Origin: Phoronis australis
Lineage: Eukaryota > Animalia > Phoronida
Direction: 5' to 3'
Assembly: GCA_002633005.1 (NCBI GenBank)
Contig: NMRA01000004.1
Location: forward strand, 1,121,793-1,185,792
DNA length: 64,000 bases
The position numbers and the translations under genes are program-made. The notes below the pieces were generated by a model. That model did no database searches. It was not told the origin of the DNA and worked only from the letters and a program-made list of their open reading frames with translations. The stretch's first letter is position 1. Each line of letters opens with the position of its first letter. Positions 1-12,934 of the stretch are shown here, in pieces.

Positions 1-335
1 GTCAACTTCTGAATCAATAAATATTGCTTTATGACAACTACACATTGCAAACCATTTAACAATTAATGAAAATGGAATTTCATTTGTTGACCCTATTGTG
101 TGCTAGATATGTGAAGAACTACCATGCTAGTTTACATGTAATAAAACAGAACATCTCACCATGGTCATCAAAGGGATGGAGACACTGCACAAAATCGAGT
201 TCAAAATTAAAAATAAATACTTCTTCTGACTGGCAGAGTTCAGTTGATGTGGTAGTTGCACTGAGGTGGAACCCATATTGCGACAAAATGACGTTTTATT
301 TTTAAGTATAAAGAAACAGACGATGCAAGATATAC

Positions 336-498
336 CTTCATAACTGAGCACCAAAACATTCCTCACAATATCTACAACTGGCTTGATGAGCCCCAATTTA
401 GGCTCTCTTTTCTGCGAGAGCGTGACACCATTCTGGTCGATGATTGCCCACTCTCTGTCGTAGTGGAAACCTTTCTCACCAACCTCCCAGCTGGTTAC
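336..498 (-). CDS. MOCOS: MOCOS coding exon 8 (VTSWEVGEKGFHYDREWAIIDQNGVTLSQKREPKLGLIKP...SYE); gene continues beyond window start
   Basis: Acceptor tgtttag, donor G|GTATAT. MOSC N-terminal beta-barrel motifs YDREW and SQKREPKL.LIKP. Confidence 0.94.
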
Positions 499-1478
499 CT
501 AAACAGATAGGAGAATTGGAGCAAACATAAATATAATTAACGGCAGTTAAAGGTACAAAATACCAGCGCTCTGTGATTTATGAAGTATATGAAAAAGATT
601 TCTTAATCCTATAGCTAGTCAGATGACTCGTACTCGATCAAAGTTAGAAGCAATTTCTTGTCTCAAAGGCACCCTGTCCCTTATTTTCATCAGTCAAAAA
701 CACGAAAATTAGGAACACTAAAATAGGAACATGTTGTAAACAACAGTTCTGCATATATTAGCATATTTATTGTCGTGTGGAAGCACGTTTAAACCAGACT
801 GGTTTGAAATCAAAATCCTTTTACCATCATGTTTGAACTGAACAGAAGCGAAAAGAGAATCCTTGAGATATGACAAAATGCTACTCCTTCTGCAAAGATT
901 ATCTTATATTTATGCACAAGCACTAATGGTAGGATTTATGCTGATTCTGTGACTGGAAATTACACGAAAAGCTTAGGTTTGTTTGTACCATTAGCCATAT
1001 TGCTTTTGGATATAAAATTGCATGCCTGTCAAACCCAACTTATTGAGCCCAGCCTCAAGTATAAACAAACTGTCACACTAAGCTCACATATTGATCATAG
1101 CCAAAAAGGAGAATAAGTCAAGATGACTTTCATAACTGTAAAACAATCAACTAAAATTTCACCTATTTTGGACAAAAACAATAAATGCCTTTTTTGATTA
1201 TCATTACATTGTCGTGAGCTCTATAATTTTTCAAAACTCTGTCTGATAGACTAATAGTATCTATGGTGCAAATCTTGAATATGAAAATGCATTTAATATG
1301 GTGTGGCATATGTTATATGAAAAAAATGACAAAATAAAATTTCACTTGTAGGTAATGTTATGTATTACATTGAAGAAATTTTAATAGCAATCAAGCTGTA
1401 TTCAAAAGAAGGCAAATGCATATAATTATCAACTTTAAGAGAAATATGCTTTTCCATACTGAAAACATTTTCATCAAT

Positions 1479-1557
1479 TTAATGACCATTAGTTGCACTT
1501 CTTAATGACCATTAGTTGCACTTCTTAATGACCATTAGTTGCACTTCTTTATGACCA
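1479..1557. repeat. 23-bp tandem repeat (ttaatgaccattagttgcacttc) x3.4
   Basis: Three identical units plus a partial unit, read directly. Confidence 0.95.
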
Positions 1558-1730
1558 AACATCCTCAAGTGTGGCAAAACATCCATCACATTAACAGAAC
1601 AGTGTGTGAATTTTGAAAGTCAAAATTTCTGGCTATTTCAAATTATCATTTATTGTTAATTCTGTTATTCCAGATCAGATTTACTGAGATACAGACAGCT
1701 ATGACAAAATTGAAAATTAAAGAGTTTCAC

Positions 1731-1985
1731 CTCAAACGCTGCACAGGACTTGACAGGATAGAGGTAGACATTTCTTAAAGTGTACAGCTCCATGTCCACC
1801 AGTGTTCCATTCTCTGTAGCAGTTTCAGTCAGCTTCGAATCATGACACTCGACAAAACAGTCCGCTACAAACTTGACAAACGCCTCAACATCTTGCCTTG
1901 TGTTCATATAACCCAAGGACACTCGCACGCTACCTGTGGGCAGATTGTTGACCAAGTCCATATTGTCACCGCAAGAATGTCCAGC
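1731..1985 (-). CDS. MOCOS: MOCOS coding exon 7 (AGHSCGDNMDLVNNLPTGSVRVSLGYM...YLYPVKSCAAFE)
   Basis: Overlaps ORF 1665..1961. Acceptor ttgatag, donor GAG|GTGAAA. Covers the end of the NifS-like domain (GHxCGD, PTGSVRVSxGYM) and the MOSC-N start YPVKSC. Confidence 0.95.
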
Positions 1986-3635
1986 CTATCAAGTAGAACA
2001 CTACTGATAACAACACACATTATGGTGTATCCTTGGATCCCATAACTTCCTTGACCATTTAAAGAGGGGCCATATATCCAAATGTGTGTAGGCAGTTTTT
2101 TCATATGAAGTGCCAAATCTTCATAATCGTAGGGTCATTACAAAATTGACTGTTCAGTACACACAGTGAAGTTCTAGAGGGAAAAACGAGATAGGGCACC
2201 AAGTCCTAACAGTGTCACTGTGGTGCTGTCATATCAGTACGGACAGATAGAAACATTAAATACTCGTCACATCACAATTTTAATTAACGCGATAGACCTG
2301 ACCTTGACTAGCCAGCACACCCACTCAAGACAGTACAAAATCATCAACTAAGTGTGTTTGGAGGATGCCATGTAATTCCACGCCCGTACACAAACACAGG
2401 CTATTTTGGTTGATCATAATTTATGATAAAAGACTTATTATACAACCATTTCTACAAATTTATGTGAATGGTACCATCATTCATGATATAAATGGTTGAT
2501 AAGAATTCACATTAACGACTCATGTAATTTTTCATGTAAGGATGACAATTAATGACTTCTTACTACTGAGCAATGATAAATGAACAAAATTAGTTATTCA
2601 GCAATGATGCTGTGACTGACAATGTCTCATGAATTCCTATCGACCAAAATGGGATTGTAATTGCTGAAGGCATTAAGATAAAGAAATTTTGATAGATTAA
2701 CCTGTGTTCAAATTTTTGATTCCTGAAGATCCTGACACTCTAACACAGTCATTGTGAAACAATGGTTGCACTTGATTCACTTCGACAGTTCTGCCCGGTC
2801 AACCGGATAATACATTCTCTGATTGGTTCTCAATGATGCCTTCCGACTTACAGACCAATCAGATGTCCTAGCAAGTTGAACTTGTGGAAACAGCTAAGTG
2901 AACCGAGTTCAGACATTCTTTCAGATATATCATGCCTCTTGAATAGAAAATACAGTGGCCATATTATATTTAACTAAGTGGCAAATATCTCAAATTACAG
3001 TACAAGCCAAAAGCTTTCAGACAAAATGACACAGAATTCGCCATTACGACGGCTGGGCATACCGTAAGCTGAATTCAACGCTAGGGTAGTTTTCTTCCAT
3101 GACTGAGAATGAAGATGGAGATTTAACAGGAAAGTTAGTAAGGTGGCTATTCCATTCTAAAATGAAAATGTTGCCATTCTGATAGTTTTTACCAGTTAGT
3201 TTTATTGTTAAAAGGAATTTGTGACTGAGAGAGTACAAATTTCTTCTTGAATCCTGTTTTTATCTCTCAGTTGAGACACGACTGATCCATTAGCAGGTGA
3301 CAGAACGAGTATTGATTGAAATCACCAACAGGGTTTAGTGTACTTTTAACAGAATTAGCCATCATGACGACGAAACGGGAGTTTGCCTTGTTGAGTACTT
3401 TTGTCTTGTACTGTACTTTGCCTTGTTGACTATTTTTGTCTTGTACAGTACTTCATTTTTCTATCTCTAATGTCATATATACTTGGCTACAGTCTGCCAC
3501 ATAAACAATCAAATTTAACAACAGTGAAAGTGAAACAAACTTCATGCGCCAATGCCTTATTGCAAACTGATGTCATTCTGACGAGTTTCATGAGTCGTGT
3601 GAAATAATCACATCAATTATGTTTTTTGTTCATAC

Positions 3636-3752
3636 CTTGAAATTGTCTTTAATTTGTTGAGGTGATATATTCAGAAACTTCTGACATGCCCCCATATTAC
3701 AGAAACACCCAGTCCTCACGTGAATGTTATGCAACTGGGCCAGCTGGTCAAA
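3636..3752 (-). CDS. MOCOS: MOCOS coding exon 6 (FDQLAQLHNIHVRTGCFCNMGACQKFLNISPQQIKDNFK)
   Basis: Translated by hand. Acceptor ttcacag, donor AAG|GTATGA. Contains the catalytic persulfide-Cys motif RTGCFCNxGAC. Confidence 0.96.
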
Positions 3753-4488
3753 CTGTGAACAGAAGATGAACAACCACAATATCATGTACCTTCTCCACCC
3801 TTGACTACAATCGCAGAGTGAGGCATAGTCAGGTTTTTACACTTGAATATGGCATACAAGAAAAACTTGTACACACATTATCGAGCAATGTCACAATCTT
3901 ATTACTAGGAATCTACAAGTTGCTGACTGTACTTTATGGCAAAATCTCACCAATTTCGTACAAGAATAATTACCAAAATTTTCTCCTTCTTCATTGTTAC
4001 AAATGTCCATCTGGTCGCAGCTATGGTCTAGAACTTCAAAATGAAAAAATGTTTTTTTGAGCTACATATCTTTTGCCAAAAGCAAGACAAAACAAAATTT
4101 CATTTGTCCCCCACATCATGTCCTAAATTGATGAGATTTTTTAGTAGCTGAAATTTACTTGGACTGTCCGTAAGCAAAACCCACCCCTAAAAAACAGGCC
4201 TGTGGGTCACCATTCAGAAAAAAAAAAACAAATATATAGCATGCGCAGACAACTAAAACTTTCTTTGGTTTGCGTGTTCCCCGAAATGAACACTGTCTGG
4301 AAGTGTCTAACAAAAACAAGTCAGATTTATGAGAAACAGGACACAGTAGATTTCAGCATGTTTTGGCTCATCTACAAACTAATTAAACTTAACTATGACG
4401 CAAACATTGGCCCTCATTCCATGCCACTGTTGCAAGCACATTTCTGTTTATTTCCAAAACTACATCCAGGTATACATTTAGGGTACTG

Positions 4489-4886
4489 TGCATGAAACAG
4501 TCCCAAAAAGGGACTTCACTAAGTTCCCTGAGGCTCCTGAGTATTTGCGAACTTGTGAAAACACCAATTGTCCCTTATTAAACTCTTTTAGTTTCATCTG
4601 ATCACTAAGTCAACTTTTGGCTTTGATACAAATCGCGAGTGAACTCTACTTTGAATTCTCAATATTAACGAAAATATGCAACACCCCTAATTTCAGGACG
4701 AAGCCCCTATTCATTTTCAATGAACTCAGGGCTCAGTTATTAGTTATATTATAAGAGAATGACTTTAGTCAAAGAGAACCTCAAAAATGAAATGATAAAA
4801 TATTACATCTGTAAGTAAAGAAAGACACAAATAAGCAAAAAAATTATAGAACTTAGTTGAGTCCTTCTTTGGGACTGTTTCGTGCA
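4489..4886. mobile_element. ~400-bp MITE, family A, copy 1
   Basis: TIRs tgcatgaaacagtcccaaa... / ...tttgggactgtttcgtgca. Internal sequence is colinear with the copy at 32025-32426. Confidence 0.9.
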
Positions 4887-5639
4887 AAAGGACTCTGAAA
4901 AGTAAGAAATATAAACCCAGGGGCTTAACCCCAGGACACTTCAAACACCGTTATTGAACAAATTTTCCCTGGCAATGTTAACATAATTGTCAAACTTAGT
5001 GAAGTCCTGAATAGTTGATGTTATGATAACCAAAAAATCTTAATTCCTGCCTAAAACTTCGCACCATCATTTTTAATAACATGACCACTGTTTTTGGGAA
5101 TATTGTCATTTTCCTTTGAACGTGGCAATTTTAAAAGACCTAAATTGTGGCCGACTTCTTGTTTGAACTGTATAGTCAAAATGCAGGAAACAATGTCTCG
5201 CATTTTTAATTTTCAAGCAAAACAACAGATTTATCGGTGATCAAATTGGCTTTTTAAAACATTTTTAATGTTTCTACTGTCTGAAAGAAAACTTAAAATT
5301 TGAGACTTGGTTCCCATGGCCATAGATCATGTAATAAGTGTGTAAAATTTCATGCAAAAAGGCAAATCGACCCAATGCACTTCAGAGAAATTAATGTTCA
5401 AAAGCGTTGAAAATCAAAATACATGCAAATGGTTGACAAAGACTTCACATGCACTTGAAATCATTAGGCATTGTACCACAAAAACTTGTATACACGGCGC
5501 TTAATCAATAAATTTTAAGAAATTTATCAGTAGCAATGAAAAATATAATTTTACAAAATATCTGAATATTTTTTCAAATGTCCACAAAGGCTGACAGTTA
5601 CCTTTAAAAGTGTAAACGTAAAAATATTTGTAAACTAAC

Positions 5640-5916
5640 CGATGCAAATCCCACATAGCTTCCATCAGCCCGCTTGATGTTGAAGCTTATTATCGGTCCC
5701 TGCGTCGTTGAATCTTCAAACGCAGTACTAGCGTACAGCTCCACCACTCTCATGTCGTTGTAATGTCTCAAACCATCAAGACTATGGAAGACATATCGCG
5801 CCAATGTGAAAGTGTGTTGTGAGATATTCTCTATCCCCCCTGTCAAAACCTGTAGTACATCAAAGCCGTGCTTAACAGCTAAGATGTCGAGATAGGACAC
5901 AGTGCCATCTTCAAAT
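5640..5916 (-). CDS. MOCOS: MOCOS coding exon 5 (FEDGTVSYLDILAVKHGF...QGPIISFNIKRADGSYVGFAS)
   Basis: Within ORF 5604..6032. Acceptor cttgcag, donor TCG|GTTAGT. RFEDGT and QGP..FN motifs. Confidence 0.96.
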
Positions 5917-7710
5917 CTGCAAGTGAATATCAGAAACATTATTAACAAAAATAATTTAGCACATTTAATTGTTAGAGTCTCATGTAAGCAACTACCACAT
6001 GTGTAGCATTTGCAAATTACAATGAATTTCACTTCGAGCTACTTGGTAACCTTTTTATGTCCTACAGTGTTGTATGATAGTTCTGCTCCCTAGATATAAT
6101 AAAGATAAGACAAGGAACAAAAACAGTAAAAATGTCCGTCAGTTTTATCAATCCACTCCAAAAATCATTTCCTTAAGTTTATGTAGAACCTTATTGACAA
6201 ATCTGAACATTTAGCAAATGAATGCAAAATTGTAAAATTTAACTCAGCAAAGGTATATTTCCTGAGGGTAGAAATTCTGTAGAATTAGATTTTTTTGACT
6301 GTACCCGACCTTCTTTTATTTAGGTCACGTGAATATACCTTTTAAGGGAAATTTAGGGAAAAAGAGAGGTATATATCAACACAACAGGATCAATATCATG
6401 ACCAATTTCATATCATATAAACGTTCAAGATAAAATCTCAAAAACAGTTACAGTTTTCGATTTGTGCAGTTTATTTTAACAAAAACCTTATCAGTCCTAT
6501 TTTCGATGGTCCCTCATGCAATAACGAAACATTTTACATTCAATTTCTAACACCGTATTCGAGACCAGTGCATAAAGCATAAGATCTGAAAGTTTCATGT
6601 GAATCCGATAAGCCAGTTCTGATATTCTGAAGTTGACCAAAATTGCAAAATTCTCTATGGTCCTACAAAGCCTACATTAGCTTTCGAAATTTTCAATTAA
6701 AGCGAAACATACCAAAACACTGAAATCTCCTCTAGGGGGCACAGCACTGCCATCAGGCAAATTGGCAGGTGTTACCTTCTATTGAATGCAATACAAATCT
6801 ATGTGCTGAGCATAATGAAAATCTTCCAAGTGCTTTTAACTGATAGATAGGACAGCTGACTCCAGGGCACCCAGGAAAACAGCCGCTATTTGAGGCGCAG
6901 CACCAGCTAGATCTGGCTGACAAATAACACCATTCATCTCCTACCCAATACAAACAGGCACGTTACACTGACATTTCTCCAATTCAGATTAAAGAAAATT
7001 GTCAATATTATCCATTTTTCATTTTAATGTATTACAGTTTAAATAATGGTTATTTTTTCAGGTTTTCATATTTTGTATTTTGATCTTTGCGGACAACAAA
7101 ACTTCCAAAAAATGAAAACGTGGCGGTCTCCAAATTAATTTGTTTGTTTCAGCCGCTTAAACAAAGGCACTTCGTGCAAAGTGTGAAATTTGGGTCACTG
7201 AAAATTCACCTGTCATGAAATTAATGAATGGAATCCTTTTCAAAACGGACTAATTTCCTTGTAGGATGTCAGTTTCATGTTTAAATGGCTTTGGTATTTC
7301 CATCAAAGGACATAAGTAAACATTTTTTCCGTACTTTGAGCACCTCAAACTTTAGTGTTTTGGCTTCCGTACAAACAATTACACAGCAGTTATCTTTTTT
7401 CTTGAATGTATACCTTTCTATGAAATAGGCACAGAAAATAGGGGATCACCAACTTCGTTTTTGAGCTATTTTAGTTCAAACAGTAAACAATCTAAAACAA
7501 AAAGTCTACTCTTTAATAGATTTAAATTTGTCGTTTGAATTAAGTCACACCTGCGTCTACACTTGGGGTTGTCTATCATTTAGTTTGACGTCATTGTGGA
7601 ATTTGATCTCGTGTGCTAATATAATTAAATGCCAAAATAACGAAAATCTAATGCGAAATCAACATTTTTCAATTTCAATGGCCTTTTTCAAATGAAAAAT
7701 TATATTTTCC

Positions 7711-9493
7711 AAAAAGTCATAGTTGGTTCTGGTCTGTTTTTATTCGAATATTGAGTCGGTGGTGTGGTATTTTTAGCTGCAAACTTTTCCAAAAAAGAAA
7801 ATCTTCCTAAGTTAGGCAATGATGAGGGCTTTTTCTTTATTCATCGTTTGGCAAATTATGACATCATGAAGACTATAGCGCAGATACAAGGGATGGTTAC
7901 TACTTTAAACAATCCCACTAAATGAAGCAATGCTTAGTAACTTAAAATAGCCTCTAGCGAATGCAAAGCAAGTCAGCAATGCACCCCTCAACAGAAACAC
8001 ACCTGCCAAGCCCGTAAAAAAAAGTTCAAACAGGCAGCGGCGGCATAGTGAAAGTCAGATACATACAAAGGTCGTTGTCTGTTGTCACTCTCATGGAAAT
8101 ACACTTGCCAAATATCCAGCAGGGAGAAACAGCTGCGGATGCGAAAAAAGCAAACTGTCACTAGGGGGTGCCACAGTAGTGTCCACAAATTGACAACTAC
8201 GCTCTTCCCAGTAGGACCACATTTACCAATTTTCATATTTTTAGAGTGGTTTGGCTGATAGAGAGATGGACACCAAAAACAGACTAAACCATAATAAAAA
8301 ATGGCTACTAGGAGGCGTACACTACGACAAATCCATCTGAATACGAAAAGGTGTTATTGCCTCATCAGTAGAAACTGAATTACCAAATTTCATAAAAATC
8401 AAAGGAACTCCAAAAATCTAGAGGAAAACGGAGAAAATAACATTGCTATTAGAGGTCATCCGTTATCACCTTCATACAAATAGTTACACTTGTCAAATTT
8501 AACAAAGATCCTGCAGATGGTTTAAGAGATATGGCCAGGATGCAGCAAAAACACAACTGCCATTAGGAGGCGCAACAGTTGTCAGCGCTGTCCAAACAGC
8601 ATCGTCACATGTCCTCTTTCCATAAAGAACATATAATGTCAATTTTCATAATTATCTTAAGAGTAAGTTGGCTGACAGAGAAGCGGTCACCAAAAACAGA
8701 CCAAAAAATAACAAAAATGGCCACTAAATGGCATGAACTACGTCAAATCCATCTGAAAATGGAAAGATGTCATCGCCACTTTAATAGAATCTGTCAAGGA
8801 ATTCCAAAGATAAAGAGGAAAATGGAAAAAATAAAATTGCCACTAGGGGGGGCACAGCGATTGTTGGATCTGTCCAAAAGTCGCCGTCACCTGTGGTCAC
8901 CTTCATATATACACTTGCCCAATTTAACAAAGTTCCTGCAGAGGGTTTAGGAGATGCAGTCATAGATGCAAAAAAACAACAGAACTGCTACAAGGAGGAG
9001 CCACTGTAGTCGGAGCTGTCTGAAAATTATTGTCACCCATTCTCTTCCAAGTAGGAACATAGTTGTCACCCTGATAGTGGCTTGGCCTATAGAGGGGAAG
9101 ACGGCAGAAAACAGACTTAAAATAGTAAAAAATGGCTTCTAGATGGCGCACAATAAGTTGATTCCATTCTAAAACAAGAAGGTGGCGTCACTTTCCTAAT
9201 AGACAACTATTTGCCAAATTTCAAGGAACACCGTACATATAAAAGCAAACATAAAAAAACTAAAATTGCCACTAGGGGGCACATCGGTAGTTTCATCCAT
9301 GAAAGGAATGTATCTGCAAAAAATTCATAACATACAGCAAGGGGTTCTGGAGATACAGCAGTGGACACCAGACAGTCAGAGATGACGGTATAAATATGTG
9401 AGTGCACAAAAAAATTGATGGGGGCAGGCATTTTTAGTGAGTCACAACACATGCCTTAAAGGTGGGTACAGAGCAGTACCAACTATTCTTTTT
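7711..9493. mobile_element. MITE family B, apparently split by the HINE-like insertion at 8016-9414
   Basis: Left end aaaaagtcatagttggttctggtc pairs with right end gagcagtaccaactattcttttt. The left ~80 bp match the uninterrupted copy at 56263. Confidence 0.6.
8016..9414 (-). mobile_element. Helentron/HINE-like non-autonomous element with an internal array of ~115-160-bp units (9 units)
   Basis: Reverse complement begins tttttgtgcactcacatatttata..ccgtcatctc, matching 60993 onward. Internal units each carry a gccactagggggc-like core and are homologous to the 61.1-62.3 kb units. Confidence 0.75.
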
Positions 9494-9862
9494 TTGCTTT
9501 AAGTGCTTTATAATTCACTCAATGTTGCAAAACAATGTCTGCTTTACGGCTTTTTGGCAAACTACGTTGAATCCCGTTGATACGTAACTGCCTTCAAGTC
9601 AACACATGATGATAGCTCCAATACAGAATGTGGGGCTAATTTTTATGAAAAAAAATGACAAAGTACATAAAATTTCACTCGTCTATCGTATTGCATCTTA
9701 AATAAGTGAGATTTTATCCCAAGATTCACACGATTCAGTGAATAGAGAGGTGCATGCTAGATGTCTAGACAATTGACAGCCACGTGTACCCACATGAGAA
9801 CAGGTGGGTACATGACAATTAGCTCATTATGCATTAACATTAGCATTGTGTTGTAGCAGTAC

Positions 9863-9986
9863 CTGTCAGACAAAGACTGTCGGTCAACATGAAACTGTTC
9901 AGTAGCTACTGAAACAGCAACAGACCCGCCACCAAAGTAGGTCTTGCGCAGTACACTGGCAGCTTCGTTGCGTACGAGAAGAGCAC
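9863..9986 (-). CDS. MOCOS: MOCOS coding exon 4 (ALLVRNEAASVLRKTYFGGGSVAVSVATEQFHVDRQSLSDR)
   Basis: Translated by hand. Acceptor ttccag, donor AG|GTACTG. Continues GYPTGLG|ALLVRN and contains KTYFGGG. Confidence 0.95.
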
Positions 9987-10867
9987 CTGGAAATCGAGAG
10001 AATCACCGTGACAACCAACAGTCCTTAAAGATTATCAACGTGTTTTATCTCTTACAATGAACTATTTTATGGAAAGTTAATAATTCCACACCATTTTTTA
10101 CAGACCCCATGGATGATCTCATTTTCCAAAATCTTAAAAGATTCCCAACAAAAATCTGCAAATCTAACACGAAGCATTGAAAACATGTTTTTGTTTACAT
10201 TCACTCCAACAAACACAACATGTCCCGGCATTAATTCTAACTTAGTTATGATGCCATATCATGTGATGCTGTACTCTGGCCTAACTCAGTTGCTCAGTAA
10301 TATTTGTGAGGTCGTGTTTACATAAACATGGCAGGGGGTATTGACTGTTTATGTTCCATAAGTTCACTAATGAACTGAATTGTTGAGGTTTTGATATTTG
10401 GACCAATAGAATTATGTTCTGTGATAAATAAAATGAAGTAAAACACATTAAATAGGCAGAAAATAAGTAGTTTGAAGTCATTGGTAATCTTTGAAACGAG
10501 CCATAGTATTACTTGAGCAAGTTTGGACGAGCGCAGACGGGAAATTGTAAGTTGAGCTGTCGTCTTCCAATACAGTAATTCTTAACCTATGTGGCAGTCA
10601 AGTAAAATTTTATCTTTTCAAATTTCTCGACACTTAAAATTGAAAACGTTGCAGTCTATTATTAGCTAGGATTAAACAATCTAGATGTCATATAACAACA
10701 CTTGGTAAGAGTTACCATTATTTTTAACACAAGGTTAAATCAGCTTTTGAGAAATGGAAAATTACCATTTTGGCAATTATTTTCGAGCAAAATAAGTGAA
10801 GAACAGCTATAACTATAAATCAGCTTATAACACAGTGAGGTTACAAAATGCTCACCAACCTCACTGG

Positions 10868-10956
10868 NNNNNNNNNNNNNNNNNNNNNNNNNNNNNNNNN
10901 NNNNNNNNNNNNNNNNNNNNNNNNNNNNNNNNNNNNNNNNNNNNNNNNNNNNNNNN
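10868..10956. other. Assembly gap (89 N) in the MOCOS intron between coding exons 3 and 4
   Basis: Run of N. Confidence 1.
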
Positions 10957-11575
10957 AGGTACAGTACAAAGCTAAAGTATTCAGACAAGATGACCTGGAA
11001 TTGTTTGTCACGATGTTGATGTTTACTAGACACCACTTGTTATCTCTGCCCTTCAGTAGAGATTGCTCTCAACCAGGAATCAGATAACTACTAATAAACA
11101 CCAAATGACCTTACGCAGACTCGACCCCCCCTTGTAGAAGAAGTAGGCTAGTTTCACTATCTAGAGAATACTGCTTAAAAACAAGTTTCAGGGTAGATTC
11201 ACGTTTTACTGAATGTATCCATCACTTGAAAGAATAATTCTGTGTGGTTCTCTTGTCGCTGCAAATTGAGACAAATGCAATACACTACTAAACAGGAAGA
11301 TGGAACCCCGGACAAAACCAAACAATGAAATCCCCTCACCTGCATAGAGTCACCCTTCCTTTCATTTACCCACCTGAGACACTACCCGGGAGGTCTAAAT
11401 ACTCATCCGAGACCACACCCGAGAGCAAATACCCACCTGACCTATTAACTAAGAGGGCACAATACCCATCCGAGCTGGTGGCATGTCACAATTAACCTCC
11501 ATTATAGACGAGCCCTCCCCCCCAGTATGCACTTAACACTATTTATTATACATAGCGACCTTCTTCTTGCATTAC

Positions 11576-12210
11576 CTAGTCCAGTCGGATACCCAAAAAT
11601 TTTGTAGAATGACAAGCACACAAAATCAGGCAGATATTGGGACAAGTCCAGTGGTGATGTGCACACATACGATGCAGCGTCCAACAGAGTATACCAGTTG
11701 CCAGGGGATACGCACTTCAGTTGACCCTCTTTTACTTTTGACAACCACTGAAGAGGGTATCTGTATCCCGAAAAGTTTGACTGCGCCGGCACCGCAAAAA
11801 GGTTATTACGCACACACTTGCAAGCAGTGTTATCTGTAGGCCCACTACACGTATGCGGACTGCACATCCAGTGAGGCACTTTGGATGGACATTCAGGACT
11901 TTGATGAAAGCATCGCTCGGTCAAGTCTTGATCGACGCATATGACACCAGCTCCCTTGGTGTCAGCTATCTCACGTAATCCAACCACAGATGTGTGGTTG
12001 TCGTCAAGGTAGCACAGGCACCCTTTACAGCTGGCACTGTGATGACCATGCTCGCGGGAGGAGCGCCTATGAAAGTGAAGGTCTTCATGTGCTGCAGTTT
12101 CATGACGTCCAAACACAAAATGGTCACCGACTAATTTCAGAGCTGCAGTTGATCCTGACGTAAATATAACTGAATAATCTTCGGGAGTTGTGTTGAAAAA
12201 ATCCAATATC
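11576..12210 (-). CDS. MOCOS: MOCOS coding exon 3 (ILDFFNTTPEDYSVIFTSG...DNHTSVVGLRE...LLDAASYV...SFYKIFGYPTGLG)
   Basis: Within ORF 11502..12248. Acceptor ttttttag at 12211-12212, donor G|GTAATG. Carries the PLP-binding Lys motif SFYK and the DNHTS and DAA motifs. Confidence 0.97.
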
Positions 12211-12934
12211 CTAAAAAACATCAAAAAAACAAGAATGACTTCAGACAAGTTTCACTCAAAACACTTAAAGAAACAAAAGCCAAATGAAGTTATCTTGCTT
12301 GAAACCACCCTCCATGAACTACACTTAACTTGCTCACACGACAGAGCTCTGATCTATGCTTGCCTGTTTCAACTGATTTGAATTTATTAGAACCGACTTC
12401 AAATCTTAACATTTTTCCATAAAATACTACAACTTTACAAAAAGGGGAAAATCCCAGTACATGCACAACCCTCAGACGAAGCTCCTGCTGACACCTTCCA
12501 GTTCTTGAGCAGAAGAAAGCCTTCGTCCCAAGCTAGAGTGTTTGTGAGGTAAAACACCCCAATATATTATTGTTTATACGCAATTATAAATAATTTTAAA
12601 ATTGCACATTTCTTCGTTATCTGTTGAACAGATGCTGGTTCCCAAATTTCTCTTGAAAGTCGCAAAATCTCCAGGCCTCATGGTGAGGGTGTTGGGAATA
12701 TGGGCTCAGCTATTCAGCTATCCATAGGGGTTAATCAAACAATTATCATCTCAACATACAAACCCTTTTTAAGCTGTGTTTATAGTCCAGCTGGCAGCGA
12801 CGGATAACTAATAGCAGGGTTGACAAAGACCTGCTTTCACTGACCTTTTATGTCAATCTCGAAAGACCTATTGTGTGTTAACGAAATTCATGATTTATAA
12901 CCGTCTGCAAAAGTCTAAGCCACTATGCAAACTA

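Noticed and set aside
8579-8950. 123-aa + strand ORF
   Set aside because: Chance frame in the tandem array of the HINE-like element.
8155-9290. Regularly spaced conserved cores resembling a CRISPR array (also 61181-62209)
   Set aside because: Spacers are homologous to each other, the period is ~140 bp, the context is eukaryotic, and there are no cas genes.
10868-10956. Possible MOCOS exon hidden in the N gap
   Set aside because: Exons 3 and 4 join in phase into the contiguous motif GYPTGLGALLVRN.
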